The notes under the pieces are model-generated. The model had not been told where the DNA came from and ran no database searches. It saw only the letters and a program-made list of their open reading frames with translations. A stretch of 63,606 bases of DNA, counting the filler, from Candidatus Aminicenantales bacterium (GTDB taxonomy: Bacteria > Acidobacteriota > Aminicenantia > Aminicenantales > Saccharicenantaceae): assembly GCA_049512315.1 (NCBI GenBank). It is 3 parts of 3 records of this genome, joined end to end, with 100 filler letters (N's around TTAATTAATTAA, not from the genome) between each part and the next. Parts side by side here need not be neighbours in the genome. Positions count along the whole stretch, not along the records: positions 23,678 to 46,944 come from JBEKXF010000038.1; 2 more parts are not named here. One strand, given 5' to 3'. Shown in pieces: positions 37,153 through 47,044 of the stretch; position 1 is the stretch's first letter; every line of letters begins with the position of its first letter. The position numbers and the translations under genes were made by a program.

Positions 37153-38055
37153 TTAAGCACGGGGGTGGAACTGGTCGTAGACCCGGCGCAGTCGCTCTCG
37201 GCTGACGTGGGTGTAGATCTGGGTCGTCGTGATCTGGCTGTGGCCGAGCATGAGCTGGACCGACCTCAGGTCCGCCCCGCGCTCAAGGAGATGGGTGGCG
37301 AAGGAATGCCGGAGGATGTGGGGACTGATCCCGGCCGCGAGCCCGGCCGTCCCCGCATGGCGTCGGAGGAGCTTCCAGAACCCCTGCCGCGTGAATTCCT
37401 TGCCCCGACGCGTGAGGAACAGGAACGGGCTCGGCCCTGACTCGAACCGCGGCCTGACCTCCCGGAGGTATCTGCCGACGGAGCTGCAGGCCTCGCGGCC
37501 GAGGGGGACGATCCGCTCCTTCCCCCCTTTCCCGCGGCAGATGAGGAAGCCCTCGCCGAGGTTGACGTCCGCGGGCCTGAGGGACACGAGCTCCGAAACC
37601 CGGAGCCCGGACCCGTAGAGGACCTCGAGCATGGCCCGGTCACGGAGTCCCTGCGGCTTCTTCTCGTCCGGAGCCCGGAGGAGCGCCTCGACTTCCTTGA
37701 CGGTCAGGACCTTGGGCAGGGTGAGCCAGGTCGAGGGCGTCGTAAGCTCCGAGGCCGGGTCCTTCTTCAGGAACCCGCTGAGGATGAGGAACTTGAAGAA
37801 GGACTTGAGGGCGGAGATGAGTCTGGCCATGGACCGCGCCGAGAGCCCCGCCCGGCTTTGCTGGTGGACGAACCGGACGACCGCTTCTTCGCCGGCCCCG
37901 GCCAAGGCGAGCTTTTCCTTCTTGACGAAGTCCAGGAATTTCCCGAGGTCCCGGGAGTAGGCCAGGATCGTGTTCTGGGCCAGGCCCTTCTCGACGGCGA
38001 GGTATTCGAGGAAAAGCCGGAGAGTGTCTCCGGGAGAGGAGGCGGGATTCCTCAT
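37153..38055 (-). CDS. xerD: Tyrosine recombinase XerD
   Basis: EKGLAQNT, GLRVSEL, GKGGKERIVP, SPHILRHSFATHLL, LGHSQITTTQIYTHV. Confidence 0.95.
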   Translation of the reverse strand: MRNPASSPGDTLRLFLEYLAVEKGLAQNTILAYSRDLGKFLDFVKKEKLALAGAGEEAVVRFVHQQSRAGLSARSMARLISALKSFFKFLILSGFLKKDPASELTTPSTWLTLPKVLTVKEVEALLRAPDEKKPQGLRDRAMLEVLYGSGLRVSELVSLRPADVNLGEGFLICRGKGGKERIVPLGREACSSVGRYLREVRPRFESGPSPFLFLTRRGKEFTRQGFWKLLRRHAGTAGLAAGISPHILRHSFATHLLERGADLRSVQLMLGHSQITTTQIYTHVSRERLRRVYDQFHPRA

Positions 38056-38672
38056 GTGAAGAAGGGGTTGGAGAGCGTTTCCTGCTCCACCGTCGTCCAG
38101 GGGCCGTGGCCGGGCAGGACCACGGTTTCTCCGGGCAGGGTCAGGATTTTCGTCCGGATGGATTGCTCCAAGTCCCTCCAGGAGCCGCCGGGGAGGTCGG
38201 TCCGCCCGACCCCGTCGCGGAAAAGAGTGTCCCCCGAGAAGTAGACCCCGTCCCCGAGAAAGCCGACGCTCCCGGGCGTGTGCCCCGGGGTGTGGATCAC
38301 TCTCAGGAACATCCGGCCGACCGGGATTGTGTCCCCATCGACGAGGAGCCTGTCCGGCGGCGGAGAGTCCTTGGCCCCGAGGAGCAGGCTAAGCTCGATG
38401 TGTTCGCCGACCTCGAGCATGGCCGCGTCCGCGGCGTGGAGGTAAAGGGGGACGGAATACTTGTCCTTCATGTCGCGGTTGGCCCCGATGTGGTCCACGT
38501 GGCCGTGGGTGTTAAGGATGAGGACGGGCTTGAGCTCGAGAGCGGCGACGGCCGCGAAGATCTTACCCGGTTCGGCGCCGGGATCGATAATGGCGCAGGC
38601 GCGGGACTCCTCGCAGTAGGCCAGATAGCAGTTGGTTTCAAGTGCCCCGACGACGACGATCTCATACTTCAT
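38052..38672 (-). CDS. MBL-fold metallo-hydrolase (glyoxalase II-like)
   Basis: THGHVDH, HTPGHTPG, SGDTLF, PGHG. Confidence 0.92.
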   Translation of the reverse strand: MKYEIVVVGALETNCYLAYCEESRACAIIDPGAEPGKIFAAVAALELKPVLILNTHGHVDHIGANRDMKDKYSVPLYLHAADAAMLEVGEHIELSLLLGAKDSPPPDRLLVDGDTIPVGRMFLRVIHTPGHTPGSVGFLGDGVYFSGDTLFRDGVGRTDLPGGSWRDLEQSIRTKILTLPGETVVLPGHGPWTTVEQETLSNPFFT

Positions 38673-38792
38673 TCCCGAACCCCGCCTCATGATAAATCGA
38701 ACCCCGACCCGAGTCAAGCCAGGAGCGACAGCCATTTCCGGAGGCGCTCTCTCCTCTTTCATCGGGCCCGGCAATCCGCTATAATCCGGAAC

Positions 38793-39197
38793 GTGGATGT
38801 TTTCATCACCCGGGAAGCCTCGGCCGACGTCAAGGCCCTGGCCGTCCTCCGGCCCGGGCCGGCGGCCTGGGGCTTTCTCGTCGGACACAAAAGGGGGCGC
38901 CGCGTCTTCGTGGAACGGCTCTTTCCGGCCTGCGAGAGCGCCGTCCCGCCCCCGGCCGAACGGCTCGATGAGCTGGACCGGCTGCTCGGGAGGAAGGTCG
39001 TCGGCCTTTTCGCGATCCGGCCTGGGCCGGCCTTCAAGAGGTCGCTCCTCGGACCGTACTTCTGCGGCCGCCTGTTCCTCGAGGTCCGTCTTTCGAAGAA
39101 AGGGCCGGCCGTCAGGCTGTTCGTTGTCGACTTCGCTCGGAAGTTTTTCCTGGCCCCGGTCCCTCTGGAACCCGGCCCGAAAGGGGGTACCCCATGA
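38793..39197 (+). CDS. Hypothetical protein, possibly degenerate JAB/MPN fold
   Basis: GTG start 7 nt after TATAAT; WGFLVGHKRG...FVERLFP...VVGLF; ATGA overlap with the next gene. Confidence 0.6.
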   Translation: MDVFITREASADVKALAVLRPGPAAWGFLVGHKRGRRVFVERLFPACESAVPPPAERLDELDRLLGRKVVGLFAIRPGPAFKRSLLGPYFCGRLFLEVRLSKKGPAVRLFVVDFARKFFLAPVPLEPGPKGGTP

Positions 39198-39745
39198 GTG
39201 ATGTCCTGACGCCCGACGAGGAGCGGGTCCTCCTCGATCTGGCCCGCCGGGCTATCGGGCACTATTTCGAGACGGGAGAACATCTTCAGCCCGACGTCAA
39301 AGATCCGAAGCTCGGGGAGAAGCGGGGCGCGTTCGTCACCCTGAAGGTCAAGGGCGAGCTCCGCGGTTGCATCGGTTACCCTCTCCCCTACAAGCCGCTG
39401 GCCGAAACGATTGTCGAGATGGCCGTGGCCGCGGCCAGCCAGGATTTCCGGTTCGAGCCGCTGACCCCCGGGGAGCTGGCCGGAACCCGGATCGAGATCT
39501 CCGTCCTCAGCCTGCCCGAGCCGGTCAAGGACCCGAAGGAGGTCGAGGTCGGCCGCCACGGGATCGTCGTCGCCAAGGGGTTCAACCGCGGCCTCCTCCT
39601 GCCCCAGGTCCCCCTCGAGTATCACTGGGACAGGGAAACCTACCTCCGCCACGGCTGCTTGAAAGCCGGACTCGGCCCCGACGAGTGGAAAAAGGGCGCG
39701 AAGATCGAAGTCTTCACCGCCCAGGTTTTTTCCGAACCCGAATAA
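39194..39745 (+). CDS. amrA: AmmeMemoRadiSam protein A (AMMECR1 domain)
   Basis: GAFVTL, LRGCIG, DFRF, EISVLS, GLLLPQV, CLKAG. Confidence 0.93.
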   Translation: MSDVLTPDEERVLLDLARRAIGHYFETGEHLQPDVKDPKLGEKRGAFVTLKVKGELRGCIGYPLPYKPLAETIVEMAVAAASQDFRFEPLTPGELAGTRIEISVLSLPEPVKDPKEVEVGRHGIVVAKGFNRGLLLPQVPLEYHWDRETYLRHGCLKAGLGPDEWKKGAKIEVFTAQVFSEPE

Positions 39746-39756
39746 GCCCGCCCCCC

Positions 39757-40539
39757 TTATTTTTTCTTGTTCGTGAGCTTCGCCAGCTCGGCCTGGGCCT
39801 GAGCTTTCAGGACATCGTCCTTTGAGGTCGTCTTGGGGAGGTCGATGGCCTTCTGGAACTCCTGGGCGGCCAGGCCGGACTTCTTGAGCGACACGTAGGT
39901 CAGCCCCAATTCCAGATGGTGGTTGACATATTCCGGCTTCATCTCGGCGGCCTTTTTCAGGTTCTTTTCCGATTCCTCGAATGACCCTTTCGGGATGGAT
40001 CCGTAGAGGATGCTTCCGAAGAGCCGCGTGACGCCGCCGATCTCCGCCATCCGCCGGTGCCACCGGCCGAGAGCGTGGTAAGCCAGGTCGTTGTTGGGGT
40101 CGAGCGCGATAGCCTTATCGATCTCCGCCCGGACCTGCTTGGAGCCGTCGATCTGCTCCTTTTTACCGAGCATGAGCAGCTTCTTGCCGAGAGAGGCCGC
40201 GATCTGGAAATGTCCCCAGGTGTCGTTGGCGTTCGCCGCGACGGCCTTGTTGGCGTATGACGTGGCGTCCGAGTAGAACTTCATCTGGCGCTGCTTCGCG
40301 TCCTTGTCGGTCGCCGGGATGACGTCGGCGATATCGACGCAGGCCCTCGACGTCTTCCACAGGGCTTCGTAGTTCTGAGGCTCGAACTTGAGGGCCTCGA
40401 GGTAGTGCCCGAGGGCCGTCTGGTCGTCGAGCTGAGCGTAGGCCTCGTCGCCGGCCTTGATGTGGTCGGCGGCCGTCTGTCCGTAGCTCATGACGGCCAG
40501 GACCGTCAAGAACACCAAGAGAATCAGGCCTTTTTTCAT
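39757..40539 (-). CDS. Secreted TPR protein
   Basis: Signal peptide; TPR-like helices. Confidence 0.82.
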   Translation of the reverse strand: MKKGLILLVFLTVLAVMSYGQTAADHIKAGDEAYAQLDDQTALGHYLEALKFEPQNYEALWKTSRACVDIADVIPATDKDAKQRQMKFYSDATSYANKAVAANANDTWGHFQIAASLGKKLLMLGKKEQIDGSKQVRAEIDKAIALDPNNDLAYHALGRWHRRMAEIGGVTRLFGSILYGSIPKGSFEESEKNLKKAAEMKPEYVNHHLELGLTYVSLKKSGLAAQEFQKAIDLPKTTSKDDVLKAQAQAELAKLTNKKK

Positions 40540-40554
40540 TTTTCCCTCCGTACG

Positions 40555-41982
40555 CTATTCACTACCTTTAGTCTTTTCCCCTAAAAAGTCAAGCCGCCGG
40601 CTTTCCATAATGAGCCCGATGACAAAGCCCGCGGCGCTCGTCGCGAGCCCGAGAGGGAGCGACCGGGGCCAGGGGGGAACGGGGAACGAGAAGAGCCCCG
40701 CCTCGGCGAGAAAGCAGACGAGCGCGTATCCCCCTCCCCCGAAAAGACCCAGGAGGCCGGCCAGGGGGGCCCTCTTTTTCATGAGGATGGCGGCGAGCCC
40801 GGGGATGAACAGCCCCTCGGCCATGATCTGGGAGGCCAGGCCCAGCGTCTTCAGGATATCCTGGAAGCGTGTCGCCACCAGGAAGGCCGCTCCGCCGACG
40901 AAAAGCGTCGCGGCCCGGCCCATGGTCACGGAACCGCGGTCCGGCGCCGCCCGCCGCCCGTAGCGGAGGAGGTCACTGGCCAGGGAGAAGGCCCCGGTGT
41001 TGATGGCCGCGGCCATGGTGGACAGGATCGCGGCCAGGACCGTCACGAAGATGAGCCCGCCGAGAACGGCCCCTGCCTCGAGCCCGATGTAATCCGCGAC
41101 GAGCGGGTTTGTCGGCTTCGACCCCGGGAAGAGCGGGAGGAAGAGCATCCCGGCGAGGACGATCGCCGAATAGAAAAGCCCCAAAAGGACGGCGGCGCCG
41201 GCAACACCCCGGCGGGCCGCGCCGTCCGTCCGGGCCGCCTGGATCCGCTGCCAGGCGATGGGGGAAATGGTCCAGGCCAGGACGAAGGAGAGGGCGATGA
41301 GGATGTTCCGATCCGCATGGGCCAGGAAATCGAAGTAGCCCGTTTTTCCCTGCCGGACGGCCACGGCCGTGACTTCGCGCCACGACGACCGGAACCAGAG
41401 CGAGGCCGTGAGCGCGAGCACCCCGGCCGCGAGGAGGAAGAACTGGAGGGTATGGGTCCGGACCACGGCCAGGAACCCGCCCGCTCCAAGGTAGGCCAGG
41501 ACGACGGCCGCAGCCACCGCCAGGCTGGTCAGGTAAGAGGTCCCGAGAAAGGTCTTCAGGAAATTGCCGGCCGCGACCATCTGCGAGGCCGCGAGGACCG
41601 TCGTGTACCAGACGATGAGGAAAGTCGTCGCCGGACGGGCGGCCGGGCCGTAGCGGGCCTCCATCGCTTCCGAGACCGTCGACCCGCCCAGGCCCCGGAC
41701 GGCCTTCACGAGCGGCAGCAGCAGGAGGAGAGTGACGACCGCGGGCAGCCCGACGACCCAGGCGGCGCTGATCCCCTCGCGGAAGGCCTGGTCGGTCGAG
41801 ACGAGAAGCGACGCCGCCCCGACCCAGGCGGCGCAGAGCGAGAACGAGACCCGCGGCGCGCCGAGCTCGCGCGAGGCCAGGAAAAACGCGTCCAGGTCGC
41901 GGAGCTTTTTCGGGAAGAGAAGGCCCGCGGCGAGGAGAACGACGAAGTAAATGAGGACGGCCACCAGGAGCTCGATCTTCAT
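40555..41982 (-). CDS. Sodium:solute symporter family protein
   Basis: FFLASR, WVGAAS, WQRIQAAR, AAILST; many TM segments. Confidence 0.88.
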   Translation of the reverse strand: MKIELLVAVLIYFVVLLAAGLLFPKKLRDLDAFFLASRELGAPRVSFSLCAAWVGAASLLVSTDQAFREGISAAWVVGLPAVVTLLLLLPLVKAVRGLGGSTVSEAMEARYGPAARPATTFLIVWYTTVLAASQMVAAGNFLKTFLGTSYLTSLAVAAAVVLAYLGAGGFLAVVRTHTLQFFLLAAGVLALTASLWFRSSWREVTAVAVRQGKTGYFDFLAHADRNILIALSFVLAWTISPIAWQRIQAARTDGAARRGVAGAAVLLGLFYSAIVLAGMLFLPLFPGSKPTNPLVADYIGLEAGAVLGGLIFVTVLAAILSTMAAAINTGAFSLASDLLRYGRRAAPDRGSVTMGRAATLFVGGAAFLVATRFQDILKTLGLASQIMAEGLFIPGLAAILMKKRAPLAGLLGLFGGGGYALVCFLAEAGLFSFPVPPWPRSLPLGLATSAAGFVIGLIMESRRLDFLGEKTKGSE

Positions 41983-42239
41983 ACGGGCCCAGTTATAACA
42001 AAAAGCCGCTCGCGTAACCAGCCCGCGTTAGAGCGATGCCTAGGCTCCCCCCAGGGCCTCGGAGATGGCCGCCACTCCAGAGCGCGGTTTTTCACGCCCT
42101 CCCAAACCGTTCTTTCTCGGCGGCTGCGGAACTCGCTCAGCATTTTAAGCCCGTCCCACACCTAAAAAACGGGTATCTTCCCTCCCGTTTTTTCCAATCC
42201 ATCGTCTTACGGCGGCTCTTGCTCAAACATCCGCGCCGT

Positions 42240-42283
42240 CCTCAAGAGAGGGGACTCTTTCTTAAGGGTCCCCTCTCTTGAGG
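42240..42283. repeat. REP-like inverted repeat / bidirectional hairpin
   Basis: CCTCAAGAGAGGGGAC...GTCCCCTCTCTTGAGG; related half-site CCCTCTCTTGAGG near 10851. Confidence 0.6.
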
Positions 42284-42383
42284 ATTCCCTCGAAAAACGC
42301 TTCGGGAAGGCTAAACCGCGCATAACGTTCCGGCCAATCCCCGAGGCCCTGGGAAGGGCAGCTTGATGTGTTATAATTGCGGA

Positions 42384-43076
42384 ATGATGCGCAGGTGGGC
42401 CCTATTCATGGTTATGCTGTCCCTGGCCGGACTGGCCTTCCCGGTCACGCCGGAAGAGACCGCGGCGAACCTGGAAAAGGCGCTCAGGAGTCTCCGCTCC
42501 CTTCAGGCCCGGTTCGATCAGCTCTATTTTTCCCCATCGGTCCCCGAGCCCCTCCATGAGCGCGGCGAGCTTTTCCTCCAGAAGCCGGACCAGATGCGGT
42601 GGCAATACAAGGACCCCCAGGAGAAGGTCTTCCTTTATGCGGGCGGGCTCGTTCAGATGTACCTTCCCGAGGAAAAACAGCTCACCCGGAGCCGGGTCCC
42701 GCCCGAGGCGTACGAATCGGACATCCTGGGAATTTTTCTGGGGGCGAAGTCGTTCCGGGATCTCTATGTGATCGAGGATGCCCGGTTCCCGACCGACACG
42801 GCCGGAATCCGCCAGGTCAAGCTCACGCCGCGGCAGGAGGGGGATTACTCCCACATCCTCCTCGAGGTCGACGGCAGGACCTGGCTCCTCCGGCGGGCCA
42901 TCTTTTTCGAATGGGCGGGAAACAAAAGGGAATTCCAATTCAGCGGGATCCGGACGAACGCCTCTCTTCCCCACGGCACATTCGAGCTCAAGGTCCCGCC
43001 TGGAACCGAGGTCATCGACGATACAGGGGCCATCAAGCGCTCAACCTTTCAGCCCGGGACCCGGATGAACCAATGA
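42384..43076 (+). CDS. lolA: Outer membrane lipoprotein carrier LolA family
   Basis: Signal peptide; ARFDQ, GELFLQKPDQMRWQY, FELKVPPGTEVI. Confidence 0.88.
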   Translation: MMRRWALFMVMLSLAGLAFPVTPEETAANLEKALRSLRSLQARFDQLYFSPSVPEPLHERGELFLQKPDQMRWQYKDPQEKVFLYAGGLVQMYLPEEKQLTRSRVPPEAYESDILGIFLGAKSFRDLYVIEDARFPTDTAGIRQVKLTPRQEGDYSHILLEVDGRTWLLRRAIFFEWAGNKREFQFSGIRTNASLPHGTFELKVPPGTEVIDDTGAIKRSTFQPGTRMNQ

Positions 43077-43272
43077 GGGCCGCAAGTCCTCGAGCTTCGG
43101 GACCGTCCTCATGGGGCTTCTCGCCGTCGGCCTCGTCGGCTACCTGCCCGTCATCGGCTTCTTCTTCGGTCTCGTCCTGAACATGGTGGGCCGGGGCATC
43201 ACCATCCGGACGAAGCTCGGCACGACGGAGAACCTCTTCCAGAAAAAACAGCCGGTGCCGTCCGCGGCCTGA
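43069..43272 (+). pseudogene. Orphan C-terminal fragment of a membrane protein
   Basis: FGTVLMGLLAVGLVGYLPVIGFFFGLVLNMVG...IRTKLGT; in-frame stop upstream, no RBS. Confidence 0.4.
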
Positions 43273-43283
43273 GGCCTCAACGA

Positions 43284-43619
43284 TCAGCCGATGATTTCGT
43301 TGAGCCCGTCGATGATGCGGGCTAAGTCTTCCGGCATGAGCCGACCGACACAATCGCCGATGCGCTCCACGGACAGAGTCCGGATCTGACTGATCTTGAT
43401 CCAAGACTGTTTAGGAAGCCCTGCGGGTTCAAGCTCGAATGTCAGGGGGAACCCGGCGCGCTGGGGCTGACTCGTGATGGCCATCACGATGACAGTCCCG
43501 GACCGCTCATTGAAAACGTCCTGGCTCAGGATCAGAACGGGGCGCCGGCCTTCCTGCTCGTGGCCCCGGCCGAGGGAAAGGTCGGCCCAGCGGATCTCCC
43601 CCCTCAATATCCCGGCCAT
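43284..43619 (-). CDS. mazF: PemK/MazF family toxin
   Basis: RGEIRWADL...GHEQEGRRPVLILS...AITS...SQIRTLS. Confidence 0.93.
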   Translation of the reverse strand: MAGILRGEIRWADLSLGRGHEQEGRRPVLILSQDVFNERSGTVIVMAITSQPQRAGFPLTFELEPAGLPKQSWIKISQIRTLSVERIGDCVGRLMPEDLARIIDGLNEIIG

Positions 43620-43846
43620 TTGGAAGCATCCTCCGCCAGGCCCTCTTCCGCGAGCTCTTTCTCGAAGGCTGGGTCGAGCTTCAGGCATTCCTGAGCCAGA
43701 AGGACGCGGTCAAGACGCGAGAGCTTTTCCTTTACTGCGGCCTCGATAGCCCGGCTCCTATTGATAAACGTCCCATCCTTAACGAGACGGTCCACCCTGT
43801 TGAGCGCTTCTTCGCTCAGAGTAATGGCAATCTTCGCTTTCGGCAT
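43604..43846 (-). CDS. Ribbon-helix-helix antitoxin
   Basis: KIAITLSEEALNRVDRLV...NRSRAIEAAV; overlaps the toxin start. Confidence 0.88.
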   Translation of the reverse strand: MPKAKIAITLSEEALNRVDRLVKDGTFINRSRAIEAAVKEKLSRLDRVLLAQECLKLDPAFEKELAEEGLAEDASKWPGY

Positions 43847-43981
43847 TACTGGCCTGATGGTATTACTATATATCATACTCTTTGGGTCGTCAATGCTTCT
43901 AACCATGTTTCGGGTTCTTGTTCTATCACAAAAAGACGACTCCGTATCCTCTGGAGTCTCAGGTAACTTAGGAGCGGATTG

Positions 43982-44077
43982 CCCTCCGGGGGGGGAGCGG
44001 ATTCTGAGGAGCGACCAGCAGAAGTGCTGCGGAGCAACTCAGAGCTGCACTTCTGGTAAATATCTGAAACGAGTCTT
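43982..44077. repeat. ~95 bp dispersed structured repeat, copy 1
   Basis: Near-identical to 63462-63556. Confidence 0.85.
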
Positions 44078-44141
44078 GGATTTTCTTGATTAGGGGATAA
44101 GGGCGGCTTTGGCGCCGCCCAATCAGGGGAATGGCGAGGAG

Positions 44142-44699
44142 TCAGCGCTCGAGGATCTCTTTTTCCTTGGCCGAGGCCAGCTCTTCGACCGTGGCCGTCG
44201 TCTCATCGACGAGCTTCTGGAGATGTTCGATTCCCTGGAACTTGTCGTCCTCGGAGATTTCCTTCTCCTTCTCGAGCTCCTCGATGAACTCCTTGGTCTC
44301 GCGGCGCATGTTCCGGAGGGCGGTCTTCTCCTCCTCGAGCATCCGGCCGATCCTCTTGGCGATCTCGCGGCGCCGTTCTTCGTCGAGGGGCGGGATCGGA
44401 ACGCGCAGGACCTTGCCGTCGTTAAGGGGGTTGAAGCCGAACTCCGAGCCCCGGATCGCCTTGTCCAGGATTTCGAGGAGCGCGGGGTCGTAGGGCTGGA
44501 CGACGATGAGCGTCGGCTCGGGGACCTTGAGGGTGGCCACCTGGTTGACCGGCGTGGGCACGCCGTAGTAGCTGACCTTGATCTCCTCGAAGATGGCCAT
44601 GTTGGCCCGGCCGGTCCGTAGCATCCCGAGCTCCTTCCGGAAATGCTCGACGGAGGACTTCATCTTCTTTTCGAGGTCCTTCAGGATGTCTTTGACCAT
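44142..44699 (-). CDS. frr: Ribosome recycling factor
   Basis: LRTGRA, YYG, PPLDEERR, RNMRR. Confidence 0.97.
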   Translation of the reverse strand: MVKDILKDLEKKMKSSVEHFRKELGMLRTGRANMAIFEEIKVSYYGVPTPVNQVATLKVPEPTLIVVQPYDPALLEILDKAIRGSEFGFNPLNDGKVLRVPIPPLDEERRREIAKRIGRMLEEEKTALRNMRRETKEFIEELEKEKEISEDDKFQGIEHLQKLVDETTATVEELASAKEKEILER

Positions 44700-44715
44700 G
44701 GCGCCCCTCTTCGCT

Positions 44716-45429
44716 TCAAAAGACTTTGGTGCCGATCGCCTCGCCCAGGACGACCCGCCGGAAGCTATCCTTGCCGTTGAGGTCGAAGACGACGATCGGC
44801 AAGTTGTTGTCCCGGCAGAGGGAGATGGCGGTGGAGTCCATGACCCTCAGCCCCTTCTTGAGGACGTCGATGTAGCGGATGGACTTGAATTTCCTGGCCT
44901 TGGGGTCGATCATCGGGTCGGCCGTGTACACGCCGTCGACCTTGGTCGCCTTGAGGATGACCTCGGCGTGGATCTCCAGGGCGCGCTGGGCCGCGGCCGT
45001 GTCGGTCGTGAAGAACGGGCTGCCGATACCGGCCGAGAAGACGATGACCCGGCCCTTTTCCAGGTGCCGGATGGCGCGCCGCCGGATGAAGGGCTCGGCC
45101 AGGGACCGGATCTCGATGGCCGAGATATGGCGGGCGAAGGCCCCCTCCTTCTCCAGGGCGGAGTGGAGGGCGATCCCGTTGATGACGGTGCCCAGCATGC
45201 CCATCTGGTCGGCCGAAGCCTGGTCGATGCCGACTTTCGTGCCCTTGACCCCGCGGAAGAGGTTGCCGCCGCCGATCATGATGGCGATCTCGACGCCCAT
45301 GTCGTGGACATCCTTGATCTCCCGGGCGATGGCCAGGGCCCGGTCGAAATCGATCCCGGAGGCGAGTTCCCCGAGGAGGGCTTCGCCGGACAGCTTCAGG
45401 AGGATCCTCTTGTACACTGGCTTCGGCAT
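44716..45429 (-). CDS. pyrH: UMP kinase
   Basis: LLKLSGE, GGGN, PFFTTDT, VDGVY, MDSTA. Confidence 0.97.
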   Translation of the reverse strand: MPKPVYKRILLKLSGEALLGELASGIDFDRALAIAREIKDVHDMGVEIAIMIGGGNLFRGVKGTKVGIDQASADQMGMLGTVINGIALHSALEKEGAFARHISAIEIRSLAEPFIRRRAIRHLEKGRVIVFSAGIGSPFFTTDTAAAQRALEIHAEVILKATKVDGVYTADPMIDPKARKFKSIRYIDVLKKGLRVMDSTAISLCRDNNLPIVVFDLNGKDSFRRVVLGEAIGTKVF

Positions 45430-45468
45430 GGACCTGGCCCTCCTCTCAGAACCGATCAGAGTCGATGC

Positions 45469-46065
45469 TTATTCCTGTCCGATCTCGTAGCGGGCGAACC
45501 GCCGGACCTTGATGTTCTCGCCGATCTTGGCCACGGCCTGGGTGATGAGGTCGCGGACCTTGATCTTGTCCTCCCGGATGTAGGCCTGGTCGAGGAGGCA
45601 GATCTCCTCGAAGAACTTACCGAGCTTGCCCGTGACGATCTTTTCCATGATCTCGGGCGGCTTCTTCATATCGGCGAGCTGGGCCTTGATGATCTCTTTT
45701 TCAGCTTCGAGGACGTCCTGGGGGATGTCCGCCGACGAGATGTACCGGGGCTTGGCCGCGGCGATCTGCATGGCGATCTCCTTGACCAGCTCCTGGAACT
45801 CGGAGGTCCGGGCGACGAAGTCGGACTCGCAGTTGACCTCGACCAGGACGCCGATCCGGCCGTCCGTGTGGATGTAGGACGCGACGACGCCCTGCGAGGC
45901 CTCCCGGCTGGCCTTGGCCTGGGCCCGGGCGTGGCCCTTTTTCCTCAGGATCTCGATGGCCTTGTCCACGTCGCAGTTGGCCTCGGCGAGCGCGCTCTTG
46001 CACTCCATCACGCCGATCCCCGTCCTTTCGCGGAGGTCCTTGACCATTTCAGCGGTGATTTCCAT
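45469..46065 (-). CDS. tsf: Elongation factor Ts (short form)
   Basis: VKDLRERTG...ECK, EVNCESDFVA. Confidence 0.97.
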   Translation of the reverse strand: MEITAEMVKDLRERTGIGVMECKSALAEANCDVDKAIEILRKKGHARAQAKASREASQGVVASYIHTDGRIGVLVEVNCESDFVARTSEFQELVKEIAMQIAAAKPRYISSADIPQDVLEAEKEIIKAQLADMKKPPEIMEKIVTGKLGKFFEEICLLDQAYIREDKIKVRDLITQAVAKIGENIKVRRFARYEIGQE

Positions 46066-46089
46066 GAATGACTCCTTGACCGCCCGGAC

Positions 46090-46872
46090 TCAGGCGGGTT
46101 CTTTCTTTTCTTCCTCAGCATCCGGAGATCCGGCCTCGCCGGCCGGCTGGGCTTCTGCCTTCTTCTGCTCGAGGAGCTCCTTGCTGATTCGGTTCTTCTT
46201 GCCCTCGACGATCGATTCCGCGACCTTCGACACGAACAGCTCGATGGCCCTCACGGCGTCGTCATTCCCGGGGATCGGGTAGTTGACCTTCTCGGGGTCA
46301 CCGTTGGTGTCGACCACGGCCACGATCGGGATGCCCATCTTCCGGGCTTCCTGAATGGCGATCTCCTCCTTCGAGGAGTCGATGATGAACAGGGCGCCGG
46401 GCAGCTCGGCCAGGGCCTTCAGGCCGCCCAAGTTCTTCTGGAGCTTCCGGTAGACTTTCTCGAGCTTGGACTGCTCTTTCTTGGACAGGAGGTCCCACCG
46501 GCCGTCCTCCTTCATCTCCTCGAGCTCCTTGAGCTTATCGACGCTCGTCCGGACGATGGCGAAGTTCGTCAGCAGCCCGCCGAGCCAGCGCTGGTTGACG
46601 TAGGACGATTCGCACTTCGAGGCGTAGTCCCGGATGATGTCCTGGGCCTGCTTCTTGGTGCCGACAAAGAGGATGGTCTTGCCCTCTTCGGACATGCCCC
46701 GGATGAAGCCCAGGGCCTCCTTGAAATTCTTGATGGTCTTTTGCAGGTCGACGATGTAGATGCCGTTCCGCTGCCCGAAGATGTATTCCTTCATCTTGGG
46801 GTTCCACCGCTTGGTCTGGTGGCCGAAATGGACACCCGCCTCCAACAGTTCTTTCATTGTGACAGAAACCAA
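46090..46872 (-). CDS. rpsB: 30S ribosomal protein S2
   Basis: [34 protein letters not shown]. Confidence 0.98.
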   Translation of the reverse strand: MVSVTMKELLEAGVHFGHQTKRWNPKMKEYIFGQRNGIYIVDLQKTIKNFKEALGFIRGMSEEGKTILFVGTKKQAQDIIRDYASKCESSYVNQRWLGGLLTNFAIVRTSVDKLKELEEMKEDGRWDLLSKKEQSKLEKVYRKLQKNLGGLKALAELPGALFIIDSSKEEIAIQEARKMGIPIVAVVDTNGDPEKVNYPIPGNDDAVRAIELFVSKVAESIVEGKKNRISKELLEQKKAEAQPAGEAGSPDAEEEKKEPA

Positions 46873-46944
46873 CTCGAGCCTCCCCTATCCGATGTTACCG
46901 CTTATGGTACTGTGGAGCTTTGCGAGCGCCCAGCAACCCATATT

Positions 46945-47044
46945 NNNNNNNNNNNNNNNNNNNNNNNNNNNNNNNNNNNNNNNNNNNNTTAATTAATTAA
47001 NNNNNNNNNNNNNNNNNNNNNNNNNNNNNNNNNNNNNNNNNNNN
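46945..47044. other. Assembly gap with TTAATTAATTAA spacer
   Basis: N runs flanking the linker. Confidence 0.98.

Noticed and set aside
37153..38055. xerD as a mobile-element integrase
   Set aside because: Canonical chromosomal XerD motifs, host-like GC and housekeeping context
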